This document shows positions 11,501 through 23,500 of a DNA stretch of 64,000 bases, piece by piece. Under the pieces are notes generated by a model. The model made no database searches and was not told where the DNA came from. It saw only the letters and a list, made by a program, of their open reading frames with translations. The stretch lies in the NCBI GenBank assembly GCA_964234715.1, contig OZ174290.1. One strand, written 5' to 3'. How positions within the stretch are numbered: the stretch's first letter is position 1; the number at the start of each line of letters is the position of its first letter. This DNA is from Podarcis melisellensis (lineage: Eukaryota). A program made the translations under genes and the position numbers.

Positions 11501-14500
11501 AAAGGGTGGGATGCCCAATGGTCTCACGACTTCTCTCTGTGTCACGATTGTGCCAAACTCTTCGCTAAAGGTGTGGAGAGACTGGGTGCATGATAGGTCT
11601 GGTCTGCTGCGGAAGTATGCTGTATCATGCTGAATGGCCTTGGAAATGCTGGCATCTGCAGTTCCATGTGCAGATGCAGCCCTTGCTTTGCTAAATTCCA
11701 GTACTTCCTCTAGGGAAGCAGGGGACGGCAGCAGGGAGCACCTTCACACTGAAAGGGGGCAAGTATAGTACTTGCTGCTGGCTGTTAACAGTGGCAGTGA
11801 CTGATAGCCATTCTTGCCCTTTGCATGGAGTCCCCTGACCACTAGCCAGCCCTGAGTGTTTGGCTTTGTATACTGATGGTGGGAAATCTGGACCGCCTCT
11901 CTGTTTTGCTTGTAGGGAACTTCTGCCCCGTCTGTGACAAATGCTACGATGACGATGACTATGAGAGCAAAATGATGCAGTGTGGGAAATGTGATCGCTG
12001 GGTCCACTCCAAGTGTGAAAACCTCTCAGGTGAGGACTGCTTCCAACCCTGCATATATGGAGGAGTAGGATGAACATTTACAACCAGGAACCTTGTTCCT
12101 TTTTGCAATTTCATCTTGGTCAAAGGGATGGGTTGCTTCTTCTTAGACTAGGGTGCAGAAGCCAAGGAGCTGAATATCCTGAGCTAATCGTGCTTAGCTG
12201 TGGACTTTGGAGCTCAGCTTTGCAGGCAGCAGTTGTGCTGTGGGTTCCTGAGAGTGTGCAGAGAGACACTCTTCCCAAGACAGGCATTGGAATCCCTAGA
12301 GCTGAGCCCCTTTGCACGATGTAACCTCCTACCATGCTGCCAGATCCCCCACAGATCTGACACTTTTAGCCTCCCGAGGCTTGCCCTCTGCCCCTAATGC
12401 TTGCCCTGTCTCCCTTCAGATGAGATGTACGAGATCCTCTCCAACCTGCCGGAGAGTGTGGCTTACACCTGCATTAACTGCACAGAACAACCTCCTGCTG
12501 AATGGCGCCTAGCACTGGAGAAAGAGCTGCAGCTTTCTTTGAAGCAGGTTCTAACAGCCCTATTAAATTCCAGGACATCCAGCCATTTGCTGCGTTATAG
12601 ACAGGTGGGCCTCCTTCTATGAACCATACAAATGTACCTGAATTCTGGCTGTTCAGAGTGGTGCTGTTGGACTTGAAAGCACAATATTCTTCCTAGTGTT
12701 TCTAGAAGAAAAGCAGCATTAGAAATGCAGTGGCAGGTGTGTGGGGGAGGGGGTGGGGAGAGGGAGAGAGGGTGACAAGCCAAAGGTTCCAACCAAATGT
12801 TTGATATTCTGTCTTGCAATGGATATCACAGAGGAACCCATAACACGAGCAGAACCCATATGGCAATGGCTACCACTCTGCCTTGCTAATTGCCAGCATG
12901 TGAGAGGGAGTATGTTCCGGGCAGGAGGGAGTCTGTAGGAACATCTGTATCTGCCTGACCTGGGCCAGGCCATTGGTCAAGCTTGCACAGCACTGGCTGC
13001 CCTTCTCTGTGGCCTCACTTGTGGCCCTTGCTCCATATCAACCAGGAAGGACCCTCCATAAGTGCCATTCACCGTGGACCTCTCCTCGTGTTTATTCCTT
13101 AAAGCATTTTTGCCTAGAGTTTTACATGCATGATGTGAAGAATTACTACCTTGCCTGTGTCTTGACTGCTAACTGTCATTTTGGGCCTTGAAAAGAAATA
13201 CTTCCCCCTTTCGTGCTTTCTGCACCACTCAAGGTTCTATAAACTTCCATCACGCCCCTTCTGCTGTGTTTGTTTCCCCTAGGCCTTTTTTCCAACCGAG
13301 GAGACCATAGCCAGAAAAGGCCTGCAGGGCGGCTCTGCCTCCAAGGGCTTTAGAATTCATGCATTAGATGTGGATGTCTGTGTCTAGAGCTCTATTATAT
13401 TATGTATTATATATTATAGAGCTCTATGTGGATGTCTGTGTCTAGAGCTAGAGTATTACCAAAGTAGAGGCATTTCCCCTGCAGATGCTCCCACCTATGG
13501 TGTGAATGTGAGGGCCAAACTTGGTGACCTGGGGTGCAGTGCAGCCCCTTCCAAGATATGTTGCCCCCTCCCACAATTCAGACATGAAGGGGGCTTGTTT
13601 CCTCCAGTCCTCTGTTATGCTGTACTTTTCTGCGCCTCCTTTCATTCAACTAGATCCTTGTGCTCAGGTAGTGCTTGCAGGCTTCCCAAAGGCATCTGGT
13701 TGGCCATCATCAGAACAGAATGTTGGAGTAGATGGGATTATTGGCCTGATCCTGCAGGCTCTTTGGCTCTTAACCTCTATCCACAGACCTACTAAAGAAA
13801 TGCTTTGTGCTGGGCTCAAAAATTGTTGTACTCTCTTACCGTTGTGTCTCCAGGCGGCCAAACCCCCTGACTTAAATCCTGAGACGGAAGAGAGCGTCCC
13901 ATCCCGAAGTTCCCCAGAAGGCCCAGACCCTCCTGTGCTCACTGAAGTCAGCAAGCAAGAAGAACAGCAGCTGCTGGACCTGGAAGGAGTGAAAAGAAAA
14001 ATGGAGCAAGGAGGCTACATTTCTGTGGTGCGTTAACGATTAAGTCAGCATCCCCTTCTTGCTTTCATCATAGCTTCCATGAGGAGAGGGAAATGATGGG
14101 ATATACAAATCAGTTTGCTGTTGTGAACTGCATTGAGGTGGTTCCTAAAATGCTACATTTTTGCTATAAATTCCCCCCTTGTGCCTTGAAGGTGCATGGA
14201 TGTTTTGGCCACGCTACAGTGTTTTATGTTGGCCATGCTGCTCTTCTGAAACGTAGGCAGGGAATAAAAAGGAGTTCAAAAACTGAAAAGGAAAAGATGA
14301 ACTACTGCCACTTGATGTTCAGCACCCGTGGGTGGGGAAGAGGGGTGGATAAAGTATATCACAGAAGAGGATAGGAAGCTGATATCTGTGTGTGTCTATC
14401 TTGCAGCTGGAGTTTAGTGATGATATTGTAAAGATAATCCAAGCAGCCATTAATGCTGATGGAGGGCAGCCAGAACTTAAGAAGGCCAACAGCATGGTGA

Positions 14501-17500
14501 AGTCCTTCTTCATTCGGGTAAGCCAAGCTGCATCTTATTTTCAATAAATTGGCAACTGGTGCACTGAAGTTGCATCTTTAATACTCCCCAAGGAGCCCAT
14601 ATTTCTGTTCAAGCTACTGTGTGGCTGTCTGTGAAACAAATTAGGATCTTGTCTGGGTAGACCTTTAAGTTCATTATAAATCATTCCTGACTGTAAATTT
14701 GCGGAGATCTTGGACAGTAGACTTCTTCAAGTGTTTAGTGTTGAGTCCTGTAAAGCATTTCTAATACATTTGTGGGTGTTTTGTTTGTTTTTAAGCAAAT
14801 GGAACGCGTTTTTCCATGGTTCAGTGTAAAGAAATCAAGATTTTGGGAACCTAATAAAGTTACAACCAAGTAAGTAACTTCTTCCGCTTCCAGCACTCAC
14901 TTGCTGCAATTGACCTGCCTGTTTCAGCCAAAGGTGGTGCCAGCGCTCTTGCCCCTTGGAAAGAAGATCAGAATTGAATTTCCAGATGGGCCTCTCCTGC
15001 TTCTCAAAGCAACTGGCTGCAATTAGTTCCTGATCTAGAAAGTAGAAGTGGCTTGTGGTCCTCCTTGTACCAATCTGTGTCTTAGTCCTGCCCCTTGCCC
15101 TGCAGAGACGGCTTTGCAGTGAATGAGGGAGCTTTACCTGCCTAAGGGCTATAGTTGGGGCCTCCTAGGTGCAACCAAGTCTGATGCTACCTTTTGTTCA
15201 TTTCTAGCAGTGGGATGCTGCCTAATGCTGTCTTGCCGCCATCGCTCGACCATAACTACGCACAGTGGCAGGAGCGTGAAGAAAACAGTTGTGCTCAACA
15301 ACCTCCTCTTATGAAGAAAATCATTCCAGCACCAAAACCCAAAGGTCCTGGAGAGCCAGACTCCCCAACTCCACTGCATCCTTCTACACCACCTATATCC
15401 AGTGAGAAACTGAGCCTTTTTGTCTGGGGGAAGTGCTAGGGAATGAGGGTGACACTGGGGGAGGCAGGCTTTAGACCCTGGGGAAAGTCTGGGCCCGCCA
15501 GAGTCGGGTACAGAGAGGCTCCTTGCCTTACCTACCATCTGCCGGGACTTCGAAGTCTGAACCAAACCTCTTTCTCTGCCTCCCCCTTACATCTGCATGG
15601 TTGGTTAATTTGTGTTTTGTTTTAAAGTGAAGTAAAACCTTTTCAATTCAAGCGAGCAGCTGAAACTGTTTGCTGCTCTGGGCATTTGCAAGCTACTTTA
15701 TTCTCCAGTAATCAGTTCTCAGCCCACATTTTCTTCCAAGCATTTTTTTCTCAGGAGTGATCAGTCCTTTCTCTCTCTCTTTCTCTTTCTCTTTCTCTCT
15801 CTGTTCTGAGGTTCTGACAGAAGCTTGGAGGACAGCCCAGAACTTACCCCTCCTCCAGATGTGGAGGATAACCGGCAGTGTGCACTTTGCTTGAAGTATG
15901 GCGATGATGGTGGGAATGTAAGTGGCTCTGTCAAGAATGTATGTTGTGAGCTGTAGAGGCTTTGCCTTCTGGTTCTAGTTAAGGTTTAAAGGCAGGCTTG
16001 ATCCTTGTTGCACCCTCAGTCCAGCTGAGCCAGACTAATATTACCTTTCTTAAAAAAACAAAAGCAGGTTACTATCTTAGTGAATTGTGGAAATGCTGCG
16101 GGCATAATTTAGCTGATAGCAGCAAAGCATTTTACAAAGCTCCTTGTGATATTTTGATTAGCAAACTCTGTAAATGGGGACAGGTGATAATATCAGGTGG
16201 TTTCACAGCTGGTTAGAAAAGTGCCCTGTCAAGAGACACTTTTCAGTGGTTCCTCACGAAACTGGAGGGATGTTTTGAGTGGAGTGCTGCAGGCTTCTGT
16301 TCTGGGCCTGGCATTCTTCCAACAATCAATGACTTTTGGTGGGAACTGGAAATCTGATAGGGATTTAAATATTGAATGAGGGCATAGAGGGAATCCTTAC
16401 CAGAGTTCCAAATGGTACTGGACTTTGAGGGACAGCTAGGACCCCAGAAAACAGAAGGGAAAATAGGCAGAACCCAACAAAAAGAAATTCAGTAGAGACA
16501 AATGCAAAGTTTTGAACAAGTGTGGGAGGAATCAGATGCACAAGGATAGAATGGGCAATACATGGCCCGGCAGAAGGATATGTGAAAAGTATCTCAGGAC
16601 TGTAGCTTATCACAAGCAGAACACAAGTCAGGGGTGTGATGTGGCTGCAGTGAGATCTTACTCCGCATTAACAGAGCCATCATCAAGTCACAAGAAGGAA
16701 TAACTGACTTTATTCTGCGGTAGTCAGACCTCATCTGGAGTACTATGTTCATTTCTAGCACCACATTTTAAGGAGGATGTAGACAAATTGGGATGGGATC
16801 AGAGGAAGATAGCAAAGATGGTCAGAAGTATGGAAGACAAGTCCATAACTGGAACCAGTTATGCTTAGCTGAGCGAAGAGAAGACTGGGGTGGAACCTAA
16901 TAGCACTCTACAAATCCTTGAAAGGGCTGTGTCACATGCAAGAGTTTGCAAAGGCTTGTTCTCCATGACTCCAGGGGTCAAAGGGTTATATCTCTTAGAC
17001 TTAAGTTACAGGAGGGTAGATTTGGATTGAACAATAGAGGAAATTTCTTGACAGTAAGAGCAGCTGGACAATGGAGGGGTGGTGAAATAGAGGTCTTTGA
17101 GCAGAGGCTGGAGAGCCCTCTGTCTGCTGGGGATGCAAAGGGTGGTATAAAAATTAATAAATCATAATAACCTAGCACTGGGTGTTCTGTTCTGAGCAGA
17201 GGGTTGGACTAGACAGCTGCAAAGACCCTTTAAACGGTCTGATTCCATGGACCACTTTTATGTTTGCCAGCTTTTATTTCACTGTGGCTGCTGCAACATG
17301 TGCCCAGCAGTTGTGGGGTGGGGAGTGCACTTGACTGATTTCTGAGTGTATCTGGTGGCCTTCTGTTTCTTGCAGGATGCTGGCCGTCTCCTCTACATCG
17401 GCCAGAATGAGTGGACCCATGTGAACTGTGCCCTGTGGTCAGCTGAAGTTTTTGAAGATGACGATGGCTCCCTGAAGAATGTGCACGTGGCAGTGATCAG

Positions 17501-20500
17501 AGGAAAACAGCTGGTGAGTAGGAACAGGTTGGGCTCAGGAGTCTGTCCAGGAATGAGGATTTACATTTCAAAGGCAACTAAAATGTTCCTCTTCTGCTGT
17601 TACAACAGCAAAGAATAATATTGGAAAGCCCACAGCATGTCTCCATGGAGAGACAGCTCAGGTTTGATGTTAATGGCCCAACTTTAAAAAGAGCAAAAGC
17701 CTCACATGATTCTACACAGTAGAAGTAATGGGCTTCACAGGATGTTGTATCTGAAAAAGACAGAGATCCTTGAATTCAGATTCCAGCCTGCAAAGAATCA
17801 AAAGCACTGGTTACTTGGACATTCACAAGCAGCTCTATTATAGTAGCATGTGAACCAGATCATCACCTGGCTTCTGCAGCAGACAGATGTGAGCAAGTGC
17901 CCGCGTCTCCTTGTAATGATTAGGAAGGAGTGTCTTCTGTGGACTCTCAGTGGCCTGAAGTGTAGGAAGTCACAATCACAGGTAGCAGCTTGGGCTGCTG
18001 TCCTGCAACTGCCAGCAGTTGCAGCTAGTGGCTGTGGCAGCTTTTTCGTGTTCTTAATCAATCACTGATCCATTTTGCATGCTCAGAAATTGCTTTAAAC
18101 TGTTAAAAAAAAAACCTTTCTTCTGAATTGGAATTAAATTGGGAAGTCCAAACAATGTGTGAGTTTGTAAATGAACAATGAAAAAAGGCTGCACTCAGAT
18201 TACTAACAGGTTGTTTTGGACAAGTGAATTGTGTTTGCTAAATGAGTGGTGGAACAGCAGCACTTCTATTGCTTTCTCTTTGTTTGTTGGCAACCTGATA
18301 TGCATGTCATAGATAATCATATTAGGGGTGTTGCTGCTATTGACAGTGCTGCACTAGTCCAGTTTATTTGTTTAGGCCATTGGCCATAACAACAAGATGC
18401 TTTCCCTAAAAACCCAACCCTCGAACCTTGCAGAGATGTGAATTTTGCCTGAAGTCGGGCGCCACAGTGGGCTGCTGCCTGACTTCCTGCACAAGCAACT
18501 ATCACTTCATGTGCTCCCGGGCCAAGAACTGTGTCTTCCTGGAGGATAAGAAAGTCTACTGCCAGCGTCACCGGGACCTGATCAAAGGAGAGGTGAGCCC
18601 AGCCACCACCCCCAGGCCTTTGCCCAGCTGTACTCCCCCCCCCCCAAATTTCCCTGCTCTTCTCAGCTCAGGCTGTGTGTTTTCACCTTAATACTGTATA
18701 GGCCTCTTTTTGTGTGTGCTTGCTGTAGGTGGTTCCCGAGAATGGCTTTGAAGTCCTAAGAAGAGTCTTTGTGGATTTTGAAGGGATTAGTTTGAGACGA
18801 AGGTTTCTTCATGGTCTGGAGCCAGAGAACATCCACATGATGATTGGTGAGGGCCCTCTGCCTCTGGCCTTGGCAATGTGCCTGGTGGAATTTAGTTCCT
18901 GCCTTCCTCACACAGAACTTTGCCTCTTTGGTTTTCTTGTAGGGTCCATGACGATTGACTGCCTCGGGATTCTGAGCGATCTGTCTGACTGTGAAGACAA
19001 GCTGTTCCCCATTGGTTATCAGTAAGTAGGAGCTGTCTCCTGAATAGGCAGCAGCAGCAGCAGCAGAATCCATGTCATTTTCCCTGGAAGATGCCGTGAG
19101 GACCACCCAGGAAGTCTTTGGCCTTCCTTCTCCTCTTGCCCCAGGGAAGGGCTTTTGCAGGCATGCACAGCTCTCTGTGTAGATGTTGTAACTTTCAATT
19201 GTTTTCCCAGGTGCTCTCGAGTGTACTGGAGCACAACGGATGCTCGGAAGCGCTGTGTGTACACTTGCAAGATCATGGAATGCCGCCCTCCTATCCTTGA
19301 GCCAGACATCAACAGCACAGTAGAGCACGATGACAATAGGACCATCACGCACAGCCCCAGGCCACTTTCAGGCAAGTTTCTGCAGGCATGGCTTGGCTTG
19401 AGATTGTGGCCTTTGTGCCAGGCCTGTGGGTGCCTGTTTTTTGTGCTGCTCAGCTCTTCCAAAGACAAAAGCTTCCTTCTTCTGGTCAGTCTTTGCTATG
19501 AGACAGGGCTTGTAATACCTTTTGGTGACAGCAGTAGCAGCACACACTTGGAGTAGGGCAAAAAAGGGGGGGTTCCCTGGTAAAGATCACATCCTCTACT
19601 TTGGCTATAGGTTTTGGAGTGGATCCTGGCCCTTGTTCCATAACTGAGTCACAGAATCATAAGTGTTGGGAGGAACATCAGGGGTCTTCAACTCCCAACT
19701 CTGCTCTGTGCAGAAAGACACTCCAGCATTTGCCCAGGTGTCATGCGCTTCTGGAGACTAGATTATGGCATGCTTGATCTGAAACAACAAGGGACTTTGT
19801 CCTTCTGAGATGTTTGGGGCATGGTGGGGGTGTGCTTCTACCTAGTACTCTTAATGTTTGGCGCTCACCTGCTCCCAATGACACATAATGTCCAGCTTTG
19901 CATTCTGGTTTTGGCCTAGATGCCAAAAGACTGCAGCCTTTTTTTCTTTCTTCCCCCCCCCCTTCCTGCCCCCTTTCCCCCCTTACTTTCTGCCTCCCTC
20001 CATGTATAAAGATTTTTCTGTCAACATTCCCTGAGGGAGAAAGAAAGGATGTTATTGAGGGGAAAGGCCTCTAGTACTCCCCTACTTCCCTGACGCTGTT
20101 TTGTTCAAATGCAGGCTGGGTTTTGCCTGAATCCATAAGTTCCTTATTTCTTTTTCTTCTTCATCAGAAATTCCAGCCAGAGAAGGCCATGCAGTGTCAG
20201 CGGTTGTGAGCACTCCCTCTTCAGACTTCCTGCCACATTCTCAGAACTGCAGGGCTCTGCGGATCAGAGCGCCAAGTTTTCCTCCTGCCCTGCGATCTCC
20301 TGGTTCAAGGCCATTGCCCTCTGCAGGTCTGGCCCTCCACCTTCCTCTGCTGCTTTCTCTGGTTTTCTTTGACGTCTGTTCATTCTTTGTTTAGCAATTT
20401 CTTCAGGCTGTCCTCAATGGCATGGAACCTTGTTTCCACCTTCTCTATTGGGTTTAGGGCTTAATAAGTGCTGGGGTGCAAAAGACTTGTTGTCCGTCCT

Positions 20501-23500
20501 CATCATCAAAGGCCAAGCGCTGAGGATGCTGGTAGAGGGGGGCATCTTCAGTCATTTCCCCTCCCGCTTTCTGGGCATCTCACCTACATACTCAACATGT
20601 AGTTTTTCCTCACATTTAACCTTGTTGTGTGAACCAGGTTTGAGTTGTTGACAACTTGTAAACCTCCCTGAGCTTTTGGGCTGAGGTGGGCTCCATTTTT
20701 AAACAGAACTGAACTAAGAACTCTAAACCACGCCTTGAAGGATAATGTTCTTTGCAAATTCTGCTCACCGACCTCCTAGCTGGTGACTGACTCACCTTGT
20801 GAAGTCAGAAGACCTGGCCTAGGTGCGAAAAGGCCTGTCAGGATATTGAAGCACAGAACTCCATCTGCAGCTCAGATGGCCACCCCCTCCTCTTCCCCAG
20901 CCGTAGGAGTTTGTCAGGGGGCTGGATCAGAATTTGAAAAAACCTCAGGGAAAGTTCAGTCTGCTGTTCTTACAGTTAAGAAATATTTCTGGGTAGGCAA
21001 GACCAAACATGCTCCTGTGCAACTTGAAGACAGAAGGAAAAAGTTATAGAGTGTTTGTTTCAATGAAGCCAACAGTAGAAGGAATAATTAGATCAAGAAA
21101 GCGGTTGACTCTGGGGGTTTAGGCTTTACTTTACTCCTTGTCTGCATAGATCCAGATATTTGCATTCAGTAAAAGGTAAAGGTACCCCTGCCCGTACGGG
21201 CCAGTCGTGTCCGACTCTAGGGTTGTGCACCTATCTCATTTAAGAGGCCGAGGGCCAGCGCTGTTCGCAGACACTTCCGGGTCACGTGGCCAGTGTGATG
21301 AAGCTGCTCTGGCGAACCAGCACCAGCGCAGCACACGGAAACGCCGTTTACCTTCCCACTATAAAGCGGTACCTATTTATCTACTTGCACTTAAGGGTGC
21401 TTTCGAACTGCTAGGTGGGCAGGAGCTGGGACCAAAAGACAGGAGCTCACCCCGCCACGGGGATTCGAACCGCTGACCATACGATCGGCAAGTCCTAGGC
21501 ACTGAGGCTTTACCCACAGCGCCACCCGTGTCCCTTTTGCATTCAGTAGATGACCTCAAACTCAGTTCTAATATTCTTCCCCATCTTCTATCTTTTCCCA
21601 GGGAGCCCCACCCACATTACACACGAGATTGTGACTGTGGGAGACCCCTTGCTGTCATCTGGACTTCGAAGCATTGGCTCCAGACGACACAGCACCTCCT
21701 CTCCTCTGCCCCCTCCACAGTTGAGGTCCTGGATGATGCCTTCCAGCAGAGCTGGGGTCACTCACTCCTCCAGGCACAGCATCTCTTCAACACCCAGCCT
21801 GTCTCCCTTGCCAGAACATGACTTGAGCACAAAGCCTTCAGAGCGTTCTTCGGGTCTAGCAGCTGGACGCATTGCCACCCAGAGTAGCTCTGCCCCTCCC
21901 TGTGGTGGTCAGAGGCCAGCAGGGACAGGCGGAGGAGGCACAAGCACTTCCTTGGAGGGAGCGCTGTCAATAGAAGCAATGGGGCCTCCAGGGACAGAGA
22001 AGAGCAAGCTGATGAGCCAAAAAGACGCAAGTTCTTCCCTGGGTAATTTGAAGGCCAGTACTCCTGTGCAGAGTGCTTCTGGCACCGAGCCAAACACCAG
22101 CAAAGTAGGGAAGCTTCCGGAGCCCTCTTCTGGGCTGTTTTCTTCCAAAGAGGCAGTAGCCTTTCCACCTTTACATCAGAGACCCCCAAAGAAGGAGCAA
22201 GAGCAGCAGGTGGATCTTGTAAAGCCAGAAAAAAACTGCTCTTACGAGGACCCAGAAGCAAAGATCTCCAAGCTTTCTGGGGCAAGTAACAGATCTCCTC
22301 CTTCCATAAGTGACCCAGCACCTTCTGCAGGCAGAGATAGGCGGCAGCAGAAGGGGAAAAGGGGAGCCAAAGAGAGACATTCCAATAAACTCTTTACAAA
22401 TCCGAGCCTCCTCACACCTAGCAACAAAGACAGCGCAGAGCCAGAATTCGTTCATCAAGCTGTGACGCCTGAGCATGTGAACCAGAAGCTCTGTAACAAT
22501 GTTGTGGCTTCAGAGAAGGGCACCGATAGACAGCTGCTTAACCAGAAGACCTCCAAGGTTCCTTCCCAGGGCGAAGTGGCCACTTCCAAGGATCTGCAGG
22601 CTTCCCAGAAGCGCACAGTGAAAGTCACGTTGACTCCTCTCAAGATGGAAGGTGATAGCCAGTCCAAGAACATTCAGAGGGAGGGTGACGTAGAATCTCA
22701 GCCTAAGGAGAGCAAACCAGCTTCCCTGGCACAATCCTCTTCCACTCCAGAACGGTCAGGAAACGGCTCCCTGGTTCAAGACAGCCCAAGTTGTGCTTCA
22801 GTCCCCGAGGCTCCAAGCGAGGCCTACCAGAGTCTTCCTGTTCAGGAGAGCAACATGATGCTCCAGGAGACAGCCAAAGCCCAGGAAGACGGGGCCTACA
22901 AGCGCCGGTACCCCCGGCGCAGCGCACGGGCCAGATCCAACATGTTCTTTGGGCTGACTCCATTGTATGGTGTGAGGTCTTACGGGGAAGAAGACATTCC
23001 CTTCTACAGCAACTCCACTGGGAAGAAGCGGGGAAAGAGGTCTGCTGAAGGGCAAGTAGATGGTGCCGATGACCTCAGCACGTCGGACGAGGATGACCTT
23101 TACTACTACAACTTCACCAGGACAGTGGTCTCAAACACGGAAGAGCATCTTGCTTCTCCTCACAACTTATTCCGGGAGGAGGAACAGTGCAGCCTTCCCA
23201 AAATCTCTCAGCTGGATGGTGTGGATGACGGGACAGAAAGTGACACAAGCATCACGGTGACAACCAGGAAAGTCAATCCAGTGACCAAAAGGAGTGGCAA
23301 AGAAAATGGAACGGAAAGCTTAAAACTTGATCGGAGCGAAGAGAGTGGGGAGAAAGCACAAGTCACCAAGAGCTCAGCTGGCCACAAAGCAGCTGAGCCC
23401 AAGATGGAGAACTGCCGCGTAAAAACCCAGAGCCAGGATCCTCTGGAAGCTCAGCTGAGTTCTTTAGAGGCCAGCCGCCGCCCTCGTGCCAGCACCCCTT

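Noticed and set aside
21440-21535. tRNA-like A/B boxes (also near 36150 and 62440)
   Set aside because: These are SINE heads, not tRNA genes; no full cloverleaf.
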